From Octopus vulgaris (taxonomy: Eukaryota), in assembly GCA_951406725.2 (NCBI GenBank), contig OX597814.1, positions 94,984,001 through 95,048,000 on the forward strand: 64,000 bases of DNA. The letters are read 5' to 3'. A model generated the notes under the pieces. It saw nothing but the letters and a program-made list of their open reading frames with translations. It was not told the origin of the DNA and searched no databases. This document shows, in pieces, positions 15,191-29,315 of this stretch. Position numbers and translations under genes: made by a program. Positions within the stretch are counted from its first letter, which is position 1. The number at the start of each line of letters is the position of its first letter.

Positions 15191-15756
15191 CACTTGCGTC
15201 GGAAATTAATTAGCACTTCTCAAATTTCTACATTTTCTTACATTTTCTTAATTTAATTAACTGATTATCAGAAACGAACTCGTTTTTAATCAAAAATTTA
15301 TTAAAACATATCCCAGCACACCACATAATTGTTATTAATCGTGAAATTTAGTCAATATCTTGTTGCTCCTCCTTTGGCAGCAATGACAGCTGCTACGCGG
15401 GTCGGCATGCTGTCTATGAGTGCCTGCAGGTACTGTGCAGGGATGGCCCCTCATGCAGCAAGAAGTGCCCCAAACAGCTCGTGTCGGTTCCTGTATTGCT
15501 GTACATTCAAATCCCTACCCAATCGACTCCAGAGGTTCTCAATAGGGTTCAGGTCAGGTGACTGGCCAGCACGTACTCCTCGCCACCAAAGAGGTATCCC
15601 GTACTATCTCAACGTACTTTGCTGCGTTGATGTTGCCTTCGACGGCATAGAGCCGCCCAACACCACTGTAGCTGAACGCCCCTCACACCATCAGACCACC
15701 CCACCATGCTTCATGGTGAGCAAATCAAGGGTGCTAATTAATTTCTGACGGTAGTG
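15191..15756 (-). mobile_element. Internally deleted Tc1-like element
   Basis: TA-flanked TIRs CACTTGCGTCGGAAATTAATTAGCAC / GTGCTAATTAATTTCTGACGGTAGTG. Minus-strand remnants TMKHGG.., QSPDLNPIENLW and SMPTRVAAVIAAKGGATRY*. Confidence 0.92.
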
Positions 15757-15768
15757 TACATACATACA

Positions 15769-15855
<87 letters not shown>

Positions 15856-15858
<3 letters not shown>

Positions 15859-16285
15859 GTCGTCGTCGACTTTCGACCTATCTGACTTACGACCGATTGA
15901 CTTTACGACGATTGACGCGCCAGATCCCGGCAACAATAATGAATAGTCCAGTTGAAATTTAATGGATTTAATTTCTTAGAAATTAACCCGTCTACGGATG
16001 ATGTCAGTTAACAAACTCTTCCCCTAGGTTTGGTTATCAATCGCCACTGTATTGGATGACTATTCTGTCGCGGAAACATCGAGGCAACCCCGTATTTGAT
16101 TATAATGCGACTGCTTGAGACTCCGAAATGTTTGACTAACGCCAGTATAATAGTATAATGCAGAATGCTGTCTGTGACTTTTACCTGAGAATGTACCTTA
16201 AGAATGTAAAAATATAAAACAAATCTATATAGGCTTATAGACCGACTTACGACCAAATCGACTTACGACCAGTCAGTTGGAACCT
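15856..16285. mobile_element. Truncated Tigger/pogo-like MITE with repeated GACTTACGACC motifs
   Basis: Starts TA|CAGGTCGTCGTCGACTTTCGACC. GACTTACGACC is repeated at both ends. Right TIR not seen. Confidence 0.55.
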
Positions 16286-16305
16286 CTACACATACAATGT
16301 ACATA

Positions 16306-16740
16306 CGAGGGATGTTCATTAAAGATTAACACATCAAATATTTCCTCTGACCCACTTCCCAAGGGCTGGGATAAACGGAACATGGCATAATTATTAATCC
16401 TTTTTCTACATAGCCACCACCAATAGTGACACACTGCTCCCATCGTTTTATACAGCTGTGAAGACCGTCTGTAGAAGTTTGTAGATTGCGTCTGGAGCCT
16501 AGACTTTTCCTTGGAAATAAGTTCATCATCACGCAAAAAGTGCTTCTCCTTCAAAAAAGACTTCGTGATTGGAAAGAGATGGAAATCAGATGGTGCGAGA
16601 TCGGAAGAGTAAGAGGAATGAGGAAGGATTTCATAGCCGCAGGTCTGTGCTTTTACCTGGGCAAGATGCACATCGTGAACTGAGGCGTTGTCTTAGAGGA
16701 GGCGGGCTCTTTGGGTCAGTACACCACGCCTCTCTACTTA
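16306..16740 (-). mobile_element. mariner (DD34D-type) transposase 3' fragment with one terminus
   Basis: GYEILPHSSYSSDLAPSDFHLF matches the mariner HPPYSPDLAPSDF motif. TA|CGAGGG terminus at 16304-16311. Confidence 0.88.
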
Positions 16741-17780
16741 AAATATTGCAGTAAAGAATGCCAGTTCTTCGAATTTATCACTCTTTACAATTCTCATCTT
16801 TTAAACTGTTCAGCTAATTTGTAAGTTTATCTAATTAATCACTTGTTTATGTATTTAAAGTAGTAAATTAGCCAAATTCTACTTATTTAAGTTTTGTGTT
16901 ATTTGTAAACTGTAATAAAATAAATTTTAATATTCAAATTTTAATTTTAGCTGCAATATTTTAAGTAAAAAGTTTCTTATTCTTTACTTTACTAGAAGTA
17001 ATAACTTGTCCTGTACTTTTCCAGGTTTATAATCCTCGCATTATAATGCTCGCATTTTTCCATGTAATCCATGATTTTTCCAGGCATTGCTGTTATATGA
17101 TAATTAATAATGTGTCAATTAATAATTTAATATTTTACCTTATAAAATACTGAAAGATAATATTTCAATATTTTCATGTAATATTTCAATTTTTTCGTGC
17201 TTAATTTAAATATATGTTGTGTTTGAAATATTTGATGCTACCCATCCACTCCAAATTAATGGCAGGGATTTTTACCATGTTGTTGGTTGCACCATGGCTC
17301 ACCAAAAGTTACAAACAAGACCTCAAAACCATCATTTACCAGGCTCACCTTAAGTAACCAAATTTTGCGATATTAGGAGGTCACAGGAATTCATTCAACG
17401 AATGATTCCCCCTACCTCATTTTTTTCCGAACCAAAATAAAGGATTTGCAGCATATTAGGAATCAGGGTACTTGATTCCACGCAAAAAATAATTTTTTGT
17501 TAGTGAAAATCGTGCGGATGTTAATATAGAAATTGACCATAATGTTGTTGTTATTTAGCCTCTTATCAACCCCCACACTGCAAACGTATCATCAAAGACA
17601 TTCCAGCCTTCAGTAAACCGTCTTTTTAGGGATAATCTAGGACATTACATATAATGGGCGTGTGATTTATGTAGGGGGATATTTTGGATGCTATTTTTAG
17701 TGTGTCGAGTGACCAGGTAGAGGCTCTTTCATTGGTTCGATTACGTGATAAAATTTTTTTACACATATATGTAATATCAT

Positions 17781-18010
17781 TTCTTAATATATTCACAAGG
17801 GGCTAAACATAGAGGTGACAAACAAAGACAGACAAAGGGATTAAATCGATTACATCAACCCCTGTGCGTAACTGGTACTTAATTTATCGACCCCGATAGG
17901 ATGAAAGGCAAAGTCGACCTCGGCGGAATTTGAACTCAGAACGTAATGGCAGACAAAATACCGCTAAGCGTTTCGCCCGGCGTGCTAATTTTTCTGCCAG
18001 CTCGCCGCCT
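17781..18010 (-). mobile_element. tRNA-headed SINE, family A
   Basis: Minus strand has A-box-like TGGCAGAAAAATTAG, B-box GAGTTCAAATTCC, then GCCTTTCATCCT.TCGGGGTCGATAAATTAAGTACCAG (resembles a MetaSINE-type central domain, from memory). Fragments at 18405-18470 and 18582-18680. Confidence 0.85.
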
Positions 18011-18011
18011 T

Positions 18012-18141
<130 letters not shown>

Positions 18142-19187
18142 ATACGTATATATATCATCGGCAGAAGTTAGGGAGTAAGTCAAAAGCTGAGAGTTTCGTG
18201 TATTGGCACTTATCAAACACGAATGTGTCCATTGTCACTCTGTAACTTCTGACGAAATAGCTTCTAAAATACAAAATTTTGTCCAAAACGTTAAGAGTAA
18301 ACCCTGTTCTATGTGACACTTTCTACCAGTATCGGAAGTTTGAAAGTGCTTAGTTAAAAAAAATTAATTAAATAATCTATATGTCTAATTGAATAGATAC
18401 GAAATGGATAAAAGGCAAAGTGGACCGCTGTGGAATTTGAACTCAGAACGTAAAGACAGACGAAATACTGCTTCTAAAATACAAAATTTTGTCAAAAACA
18501 TTAAGAATAAAAACTGTTCTATGTGACATGTTCTACCAGTATCGGAAGTTTGAAAATTAATGAAATAATCTGTACTTCAATGTCGACCTCGGTGAAATTT
18601 GAACACAAAAACGTGAAGACAGACGAAACACCGTTCAAGATTTCGCCCGGAGCGCCAACGTTTCTGCCAGCTTGCTGCCTAAGAACGCAAACCTTCATTT
18701 TAGAAATATATTCTTTATTCTTATTGCTAAGCGTTACTCCCTTACTTCTTTACTTACTGACATGAGATTTCGTAACATTTTACCTCATGACTATTTTTCT
18801 ACTAATTTTTGTTCAATGCGACAAGCGATTCTGAATTCTTCATGCCTTTTTCTATTATTTAAGCAGAAGAAAGGTATACTTTTAATTTAAAATTTAAAAA
18901 TTTATGCTAATTGAAGATGAATATCTGCCTTACTGCCCACCCCCTTGCGGTCACAGATATTTTGATGCAACTTTTTTTCTACTAGACCAAATCTCAAACT
19001 CTTTATGCCAAAGTGTAGCTGAGGAGGTGACCTCTTTAAAACTATTAACAGTTTGCGATTTAGTTTTAGAACTGAATTAGTGGTGAAGCTTGGAAGCTGC
19101 TGCCATTGACGAAATAGTGGACTTAATGTATTCAACAACTACTGTGGTTGAATGATATATACACACAAATATATATATATGTATATA

Positions 19188-19223
<36 letters not shown>

Positions 19224-19235
19224 TGTATGTATGTA

Positions 19236-19289
<54 letters not shown>

Positions 19290-19464
19290 GTGTGTGTGTT
19301 TGTGTATGTATGTATGTTTATATGTATGTATACAGTTATTGTTATTGAGTTTTTGCAACTCAGAAAAGTAGAATAATGTTAACACTAAATGCCTGCGGCT
19401 TAATAAGCACACTCATTTATACATCTAATTTGCACTGAACTCATGTTCTAATTTTGAACATATA

Positions 19465-19528
<64 letters not shown>

Positions 19529-19606
19529 TCATTCTTTATATGTATAAGTGTGTATTTATGTGTGTGCATAAATGCATGCATACACACACACACACACACA
19601 CACACA

Positions 19607-19663
<57 letters not shown>

Positions 19664-20110
19664 AATATTTATATGCATATATACATATGTATATGTATAC
19701 GTATATATAGACACATACACACACAAACGCACACACACAGACGCACACATGCAAACACATTTAAATACAAATGTAAATATATATACATATATATATGTAT
19801 GTATGTATGTATATATGTATGTATGTATGTATGTATACATGACAGAAAAGTAATTAAACTGGAATGTACATATATGTTGTGATTTTCGAAAACGAGAACA
19901 TATTCCTGTCTAAAGAACGTGTAGTTAACTTTCAAGTCTATAATTTCCAGCTGGGCAGAAGTTTGTTGTTTTCATGATATATCGATAGAGAATTTATCTT
20001 TCGCCCTGTTTCCAATTAGCAAACGAGACGTTTGTCTAGTAGCAAAACAAAACAAGCACACGATTGCATACACAGACACGCGTGTATGCGCGTGCACACA
20101 CACACACACA

Positions 20111-20141
<31 letters not shown>

Positions 20142-20305
20142 GCACACTCACACACATGCACACACGCACACACAGGTACGCGCAGGCACACGTACACATA
20201 TATGTGTGTATGTGTATGTGTATATATATATATGTATATATATATGTGTGTGTGTACAAGGGGGAATCTGACAAAAGAATAAACGATTATCTTATGAACT
20301 GCATT

Positions 20306-20385
20306 AGCTTACAGCTGTTTCCAATATAGGATGTGGCGAATCGTTGTTCAGTACCTGAGTAACACCTTACAGTTTCATCAGAGCT
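20306..20385 (-). ncRNA. Type I hammerhead ribozyme motif with extended stem II
   Basis: Minus strand: AGCT CTGATGA [~53 nt imperfect hairpin] GAAA CAGCTG TA AGCT. Intact core, palindromic stem III, GUA triplet, 4 bp stem I. Confidence 0.65.
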
Positions 20386-20630
20386 TCAAACATGAAGTGC
20401 AAATTATTTGGGAAAACAAATACATTATTACACATTAGAGGAAATGTATAAAAATAAAGTATAAGTAAAACATGAAGATGACGTTAAAAAACCAAACATA
20501 TTGTATTAGGTTTACGCTCAGGGAAAATCGAAGGAAAGGTCTTTTATGTTTCAAGCATACTCTTTCTTCTACGGAAAGAATACACGAGGATAGAAGAAAA
20601 ATAGACAGGTAAATTCATATATAAACGATA

Positions 20631-22015
20631 TCTACTACATATGTGGAAAATTGGTATGTGTTTGTTTGTGGCGTTGTTAGCTAACTCCTCCTACATCGTT
20701 TAATTGATTTTGATGAAACGTGACACGTTAGTTGAACTCATGTCTGGAAACCATGTGACATACTTAGATTGTTGAAAAAATCGATGATACGGTCCGTGGA
20801 ACGGATTTTTATTTCTACCTCATATAACTAATTTTTTTAAACACTCAAGAGAAATAACCCATAGTACCTGCAAAATATCTTTTTTAGACACTCAAGGGAA
20901 ATAACCCATAGCACCTGCACTTACGTGCACGTGTTATGTTAGTTTTTAGCGAAATTATCAATATTTGATTCTCACGATCAGCGGACCTAATTCTGCATTT
21001 CACTACTCACAGTTTTCAACTACTAAACCTTCTTATTGTACTTTCTTGATGCATGTACACTTTCAATGCCAATAACTCCGATAATTCTGCATCTTTCCAG
21101 TTAAACGTTTCCGATGACAGTACATAAATTTTTGATTCTAGATTCAGCGGATCTAATTCAGCATTTCACTACTCGCAATTTTGAACTGCTAAACTTTATT
21201 ATTGTACTTTCTTGATGCATGTACACTTTCAATGCCCATAACTCCGATAACTCTGCATTTTCCGGTTAGAACTTTTCGATGACAGTACATAAATTTTTGA
21301 TTCCAGAACGTATTTAATAAATGTGTCTCAATACAATGAACTCATACTTTGAATGCTAAAAATTCTTTTAAAATGAAGCCAAACTTCCACACCACATTCA
21401 GTTGGGACACCCTGTCTCACTTATACTTATTTTACAAATCATAATATTTATTGCTTATTTACAGTTCATACAACATTTTCATGAAACTAATTGAGTCATC
21501 GAATTTAGAAATATTTTACAGGTTTCATTGTTTATGTTCGATTACTTTGAATATTGATTTTTTGTGTGTCCGATTTCTAATTTTTGTAGACAATATCACT
21601 TTTATACTTTGTTTGACAAGTGAGTAGAACTCATGTCTGGAAATCTCGCGACATATTTAGATTGTTGAAAAAAATCGATAATAGGGATCCAATGGATCCT
21701 TCTATCTATTATATATTACTAATATTTTATTTAAACAACCCAAGGGAAATAACCCATACCAACTGTAATTTTTAGCGAAGTGCTCAGCATTTGACTCTCA
21801 CGATCAGCTGACCTAATTCTGCATTTCAATACTCAGCTTTGAACTGCTAAACATTTTTATTGCACTTCCTTGATTTGAATCTTAAACATTAAAGACTTCA
21901 TTCATACATTTCTATACATACATACATTTTTTAATGCCCATTACTCTGATAATTCTGCATTTTTACAGTTACACTTTCTCCATAACAGTTGATTAATATT
22001 TTATTCCACAACGTA
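20631..22015 (+). mobile_element. Helitron-like non-autonomous element with internal duplications
   Basis: Starts A|TCTACTAC..GTTTGTTTGT..AACTCCTC, like Helitron 5' ends. ~160 bp block at ~20965, ~21130 and ~21790; ~140 bp block at ~20735 and ~21627. No CTAG 3' end identified. Confidence 0.5.
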
Positions 22016-22636
22016 TTTGTAGTGGCTTCATGCAGACATAGCATAGATTCGATCCTCGATTGCCTAATTTCACTTAACACTTCAACAGCGCTTTTCTCAC
22101 TGAAGTTCACAAGCGTTCTGCCTTTCTTCTTTTGATAAAACTTTTAAAAGAACCTGACAGAGTGCTTGCATGTCCCGTGAGACAAGGACTTTTGGACTGC
22201 AAGAATTCTAATGTCTTCAGTTGCATGTTTTCCGACTGATTAACTTTCATGATGAGTCTCTGTTTATTCACTCAAAATGTTTTATCAAACATAACATAAC
22301 ATTTAATTTCCAGTATAACGTGGATATGGACTATTTAACCAGTAAAACTTCTGAAGTTACATCGGTTTTGTCCTTACTGTTGGTATTTAACTCCTGGTCG
22401 TCTTTTATCAAGCAGATCTACGATTAAAGGCGTACCAGTGGTGGCTATGCTCTCTTTTCTTCGGATATTTAAGTTCCCAAATGTAATCTGCCCTTCCTTT
22501 TCTAAAGACACGTGTCTCGAGATGGGCTAGTGAGTTTCTATTTTGGATATATTTGGGGTATTTAATTGTGCTCATGACTTAGTGTTCGCTTCTTCCATGG
22601 GTATAAGTAAGTATTTTACTTAGTTATTTGCTGCAT

Positions 22637-22695
22637 TTATCACTGATGAAGGGAAGGTTCTTATGAACTAACTGAAATCGGGTCCGATATGGTAA
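22637..22695 (+). ncRNA. Type I hammerhead ribozyme motif
   Basis: TTATCA CTGATGA AG-GGAA-GGTTC-TTAT-GAACT-AA-CT GAAA TCGG-GT-CCGA TA TGGTAA. Complete core, 6 bp stem I, paired stems II and III. Predicted cleavage after A22689. Confidence 0.85.
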
Positions 22696-22916
22696 TAACG
22701 GGATTCTTTAGAATTTTCTATCGGCTTTCTTCGAAACGCGTGCTTCTAGTGATAAATTACATGGTTATTGACGTTGTGTCTATTTTCGGTATATTTTGGC
22801 ATTAGAAATGTTTTCTTTTGCCCTAACATAAATTGTTTATAAATTTAACCTTTAAAGGTATTTTTGATATGCTGGTCATTGATAGAATTTTTTTCGAAAC
22901 ATTTTATCCTACATTA

Positions 22917-22954
<38 letters not shown>

Positions 22955-22969
22955 CACATACCTGAGTCT

Positions 22970-23004
<35 letters not shown>

Positions 23005-23009
<5 letters not shown>

Positions 23010-23720
23010 AACAATTAAGGATAACTTCTTAATAAGGAATCTTAAGAAATTATCAGGTAGTTAGCGTGAAAAACCTCATAAAAGAAAAGAATTCGAAAAT
23101 AATTTTTTTCTTTTGAACAAATTAATTATATCTATATTGTATAGAGGGCATTATTACACATAAATGCCTCACACTAAGAGGGACAAAGTCATTACTACCA
23201 AAATTACACTAATCATACCTAATGCAGTTCTTCAAAGCAAGACATTTAAAAAATGAATTTAGTTCTGTATCACCGTGATTTCACATTTAACTTACGTCTA
23301 TGATCATCAGCAGAACTGATTCTGAACACATCATAAATAAACCACCAACCTTACCTAGCGAAGACGAACAGACATCTATTCACTCCGGCCAAGCACATGG
23401 AATGTTTATAAATCATATATTCGGTAAATGGCGGGCTTATTCGAACTGCATGTCGGATAAGAAAAGTATTTCGGAATAAATTTAACAATTAAGGATAACT
23501 TCTTAATAAGGAATCTTAACAAGAAATTATCAGGTAGTTAGCGTGAAAAACCTCATAAAAGAAAAGAATTCGAAAATAATTTTTTTTTCTTTTGAACAAA
23601 TTAATTATATCTATATTGTATAGAGGGCATTATTACATATAAATGCCTCACACTAAGAGGGACAAAGTCATTACTACCAAAATTAAACTAATCATACCTA
23701 ATGCAGTTCTTCAAAGCAAG
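23005..23720 (-). mobile_element. Non-coding Penelope-like/retrozyme-like element: 1.5 tandem copies of a 474 bp unit
   Basis: 23005-23241 is repeated almost identically at 23479-23720. A hammerhead motif lies between the copies. The left end abuts (TA)n. Confidence 0.75.
23261..23317 (-). ncRNA. Type I hammerhead ribozyme motif
   Basis: Minus strand: AGTTCTG CTGATGA TCATAGACGTAAGTTAAATGT GAAA TCAC-G-GTGA TA CAGAACT. Perfect 7 bp stem I, intact core, palindromic stem III. Confidence 0.85.
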
Positions 23721-24793
23721 TGTATATATAAACCTAAGTCTTGATTTATATTCGGTATAAATAGTTGTAAGCTGTCAATCACTCTGTATGTGGAAAGATG
23801 GTGGCACTTGCTTTCCGATGAGACGCGAAATAGAGATGAATCTAGTCATAACAATCTCGATATTTCTCTACCTATGGAGAGATAAAAACATTAGTTTACA
23901 TTTATTTACAGTAAACTTAGCAGGATTAAACTTTCAAGTACAGCTTAGAAATTTAGACAGAGTAACTACTCGTAACTTTGGGATTTGGTGAAATCGATGT
24001 AGATAAACCAATAAGGTTTCCGAAAATCGATCAAGGCTATTCACCATTCTTTCGATTTGCAGAGGAAATAGTTAAATTTGTCCTGCTTTATATCTACTGC
24101 GTATGTTACAAATAATATGTGAGCGAGTGTGTGTGTGCGTGTGCGTGAGTAAGTATGTACGTATGTGTGTGTGAGTACGTATGTACGTGTGTGTGCATGT
24201 GTATGTATGTATATAGGTATGTATGTATGTATGTATGTATGTATGTATGTATGTATGTATAGGACGGATGAACCTAGTGTAGTTTCAACGACTATCTAGT
24301 AACAGCTCGGACCCTCCGAAATTCTGGGTTGGTGTCCATCGTGCTTAAGAACCAATGGTAGCGGGGTATTTTGCATGTTGCTGGCATTTTGCTTGGGCAA
24401 AGGTCAGTGATAGTCTTCCTTGGTCAACTATATGTATACAACATCTATACATGTATGCATGTGTATATAAATATATATATGTTCTCCTCTACTAATCTTT
24501 TCTGAAAGGGAGAAACTGGTTTCTAACCAAAATACAAAGCTTATTGTAGGAATGTAGATAAAAAAAAACAAATTCACATTTTGAATTTGAGAAAAGCCTT
24601 GCATATTTTAAACATTTCGCTTACAAATTGTATTTTTAATGTGCGAATTAGCTCGTTATTTCATTTTCTAATATCTCTGCTCATTCAGAGTGTTGCTTAG
24701 ACATTTACTCACAAAACCAAGTGCACCAATTATTATTAGCATACATATATGTATGTACATATATGTATGTATATATTTGTGTGGTTATGTGTG

Positions 24794-24881
<88 letters not shown>

Positions 24882-25233
24882 GTATGCATGCATGTATGCA
24901 TGTTTATATGCATGTGTTTGTATAAGCACATTTGTGCACACCAGATGGTTTCGAGTACGATTATACTAGGCATAACAAAAACGGTCTCTCTAGCGGTTGT
25001 CTGAAAACACTCATATCAATACACAATCCTTATATTCGTAACTTTGCATTACATTTAGTCGAAAATTTTGGAATTTATTACATATATATCATAAATGATT
25101 TATGTAACAGTTCTGGGTAAAGGTTGCGAATCATAAGCTGTGTTAAAAAGACATTTGCGCTTTGCAGCTCATTAATAAGCAACGGTCATACTTATTAGTC
25201 GGCTTCCGTCATACCTGCATATAGAGAGACGTG

Positions 25234-25369
<136 letters not shown>

Positions 25370-25428
25370 AATATTTTGCGTAATGAGATATAAAAAAACC
25401 AAGGCTGTGTAGAACATTTATATATTAG

Positions 25429-25459
<31 letters not shown>

Positions 25460-25549
25460 CGTGGATATGTGTATTATACTTTAAATATAACACACACAAA
25501 CGCGCGCGCACACATACATATATTATATACTATACATACATATATATAT

Positions 25550-25583
<34 letters not shown>

Positions 25584-25676
25584 GAAGCAGAAAGACTTAG
25601 AAACATATATATTATATATTATATATTATAAATATATATAGCCGCAGTCAAATGACTGAAACAAGTAAAAGAAATT

Positions 25677-25768
<92 letters not shown>

Positions 25769-26029
25769 CAGAAAGCGAGAGTGAGAAGGAGGGATGGAGG
25801 GAGAGCAGAGAGACTTAGAAACATAAATGGATTTATACAGGGAGACTAACGCACTTTTAGTGCATTACACTTTCTTGAAAACAGACATTTGTGTAAGAAT
25901 TTTGGTAGAAGTTGAAGATTATAAGCTGGGTTAAAAAGCCATATTCGCTTATATATATATACATGTTCGTACACACATGTGTGTGTGTTTTCGTGTGCGT
26001 GTGTGTGTATGTATATATGTGAATATATT

Positions 26030-26089
<60 letters not shown>

Positions 26090-27064
26090 CATATATATAT
26101 ACATATGTGTGCATATATATACATATATCAATTTATATTATATATATATATATATATACATATGTGGAGAGATAGAGAGAGAGAGGTGGAAGGAGAGAGA
26201 CTGAGACACATATATGCATTTATCGGAAAGAAATTAACACAGGCAGACCGCCGTACTATCAAAATATGGAATAGTAGATAGTGAATAAACATCCGCTAAT
26301 TTTACATTTATAATTCTTCAATGTAAAATCTTTAGAAGACTTTTGAAATCAAATGTGGTTCATATAATGTTCACAGCTTACGTATATAAACTCAACAGAT
26401 CTTACATATTCACCCAACAGCGTACACATATAAACATATAGGTTCTTAAGATAAAGAGGCATCTATTAAACTCTGTGAAGTATTCTCACACATTATGTTC
26501 GCTTTGTTCGTTTATTCTCTTTTGTAACTGACAACAATACTATTAAACACCACTAATCTTGACCGAATCATACGCAATATCTGCTGGTGAACTCTCGACC
26601 TGCATAAAAGCCTAATGGTTTCCGGCGTTCTAGGAAGTTGAAGATACTAAAAGGATTAGCATCACTGCAGTGATATTGTATCGATAATGGAACCGCATTT
26701 GCAGAAATCCCAATAAAACACCTTTAACCTCGACCCATTTCTTAACTAACTTTCACATCGAATGGATTATATATCTACTTGCCCTCCTCTTGTGTCTTCT
26801 TTTCATTCTAGCATGTGACTTTATATCTTTTGATATTGATTAAATTTCCAAACCACACGGTCCCACATTTATAACAGCGTTGAGTGAGAAAATAAAAATC
26901 TATGTCGTTAACACCTTTCTTAAAGCAGAGAGATGTCCTAAAAACAGTTAAATGCTATCAACAACAACAAAAATTGGAATTTGTCAGTGATTATCTAACT
27001 GACAAATGCTGGGCATTCACCACCGAACTTCTGGAGTAACTTTTTACCCCTAACCTTCTTTAAT

Positions 27065-27459
27065 CTCTTCTACTATGGATATAAGGCCTGAAATTTTGGA
27101 GGCGGGATCTAGTCGATTATATTGACTCCAGTGCGCAGCTGGTACTTATTTTATCGACCCCGAAAGGATGAGAGGCAAAGCTGACCGTGCCAGAATTTAA
27201 ATTCACAGCGTAATGCTTAGCGGCATGCCTCTAAGCATTTTGCCTGGCGTGCTATCGATTCAGCCAGCTTTCCACCTTGACAATAATAACAATAATCCTT
27301 TCTGCAATAGGCACGAGGCATGACATTTTGGGCAAGGGGAAAGTCGATTATATCGACCCCAGTGCGCAACTGGTACTTATTTTATCGACAACGTAACGAC
27401 AGACAAAATACCGTTCAGTATTCTGTCCGGCGTACTAATGATTCTGTCAGCTTTCTGTC

Positions 27460-27460
<1 letters not shown>
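27065..27460 (-). mobile_element. Two adjacent family A SINE copies (second internally deleted)
   Basis: Both contain GTCGATTATAT.GAC.CCAGTGCGCA.CTGGTACTTATTTTATCGAC, homologous to 17781-18010. Confidence 0.8.
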
Positions 27461-27538
<78 letters not shown>

Positions 27539-27543
27539 GGATA

Positions 27544-27580
<37 letters not shown>

Positions 27581-27620
27581 GGATGATGATGATAATAATA
27601 ATAATGATAATAATAATAAT

Positions 27621-28111
27621 AAATGTTCTGATGCAGTACCAGACAGTGGCTCGTGGTTTTTGATCTTAACTGATTTCAAGTGTTATCATGTACATTGTTT
27701 TGTCTTGGTATGAAAGATGAGCTACTACAGCAAATATTCTGCTCAATACCACAGATTTGCCTGTTAGTTGTTTGACCATAACCAGTTAAGCATGTCCTTT
27801 GGTGGTTGACGATATGAGCATCTCTGATAACGAACAGAAGTAGATGGGGAGCAAGATAGCCATGTGTTGAGAGGAACTCTTTGGGGTTTGAATAATTCAC
27901 CTCTGGAAACAAGGGTGTTTTGTTCAACCTAAAGAAAATTCTAACTGGGCCCCACCTGGAAGGTCATGTGATGTTTATCTTGATATGAGATCACCATGTC
28001 GCGCACATATGGTTGTGATGTATGTCTGGCGTACCCTTATCAGACGGTATATTAGGCTTCGTATATTTGTACCCCAGTGTCACTTTGATGGCATGCGCTG
28101 CTCTCTCACTC
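27621..28111 (-). mobile_element. ~490 bp non-coding retroposon embedded in (AAT)n, copy 1
   Basis: Identical copy at 28481-28971; diverged opposite-strand copy at 35570-36036. All are flanked by (AAT)n/(ATT)n. Confidence 0.8.
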
Positions 28112-28158
<47 letters not shown>

Positions 28159-28226
28159 TAATAATAATAATAATGATAATAATAATGATAATAATGATAA
28201 TAATGATAATAATAATAATAATAATG

Positions 28227-28398
<172 letters not shown>

Positions 28399-28403
28399 GG
28401 ATA

Positions 28404-28440
<37 letters not shown>

Positions 28441-28480
28441 GGATGATGATGATAATAATAATAATGATAATAATAATAAT

Positions 28481-28971
28481 AAATGTTCTGATGCAGTACC
28501 AGACAGTGGCTCGTGGTTTTTGATCTTAACTGATTTCAAGTGTTATCATGTACATTGTTTTGTCTTGGTATGAAAGATGAGCTACTACAGCAAATATTCT
28601 GCTCAATACCACAGATTTGCCTGTTAGTTGTTTGACCATAACCAGTTAAGCATGTCCTTTGGTGGTTGACGATATGAGCATCTCTGATAACGAACAGAAG
28701 TAGATGGGGAGCAAGATAGCCATGTGTTGAGAGGAACTCTTTGGGGTTTGAATAATTCACCTCTGGAAACAAGGGTGTTTTGTTCAACCTAAAGAAAATT
28801 CTAACTGGGCCCCACCTGGAAGGTCATGTGATGTTTATCTTGATATGAGATCACCATGTCGCGCACATATGGTTGTGATGTATGTCTGGCGTACCCTTAT
28901 CAGACGGTATATTAGGCTTCGTATATTTGTACCCCAGTGTCACTTTGATGGCATGCGCTGCTCTCTCACTC
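28481..28971 (-). mobile_element. ~490 bp non-coding retroposon embedded in (AAT)n, copy 2 (tandem duplicate)
   Basis: Offset exactly 860 bp from copy 1; no differences seen by eye. Confidence 0.8.
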
Positions 28972-29015
<44 letters not shown>

Positions 29016-29083
29016 TAATAATAATAATAATGATAATAATAATGATAATAATGATAATAATGATAATAATAATAATAATAATG

Positions 29084-29187
<104 letters not shown>

Positions 29188-29188
29188 A

Positions 29189-29315
<127 letters not shown>

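Noticed and set aside
15329-15748. 139 aa plus-strand ORF
   Set aside because: Antisense to the Tc1 transposase remnant.
18251-18555. ~95 bp direct repeats; similar short duplications at 14200-14282 and 32435-32586
   Set aside because: Two-copy local duplications, not a CRISPR or regular array; eukaryotic context with no cas genes.
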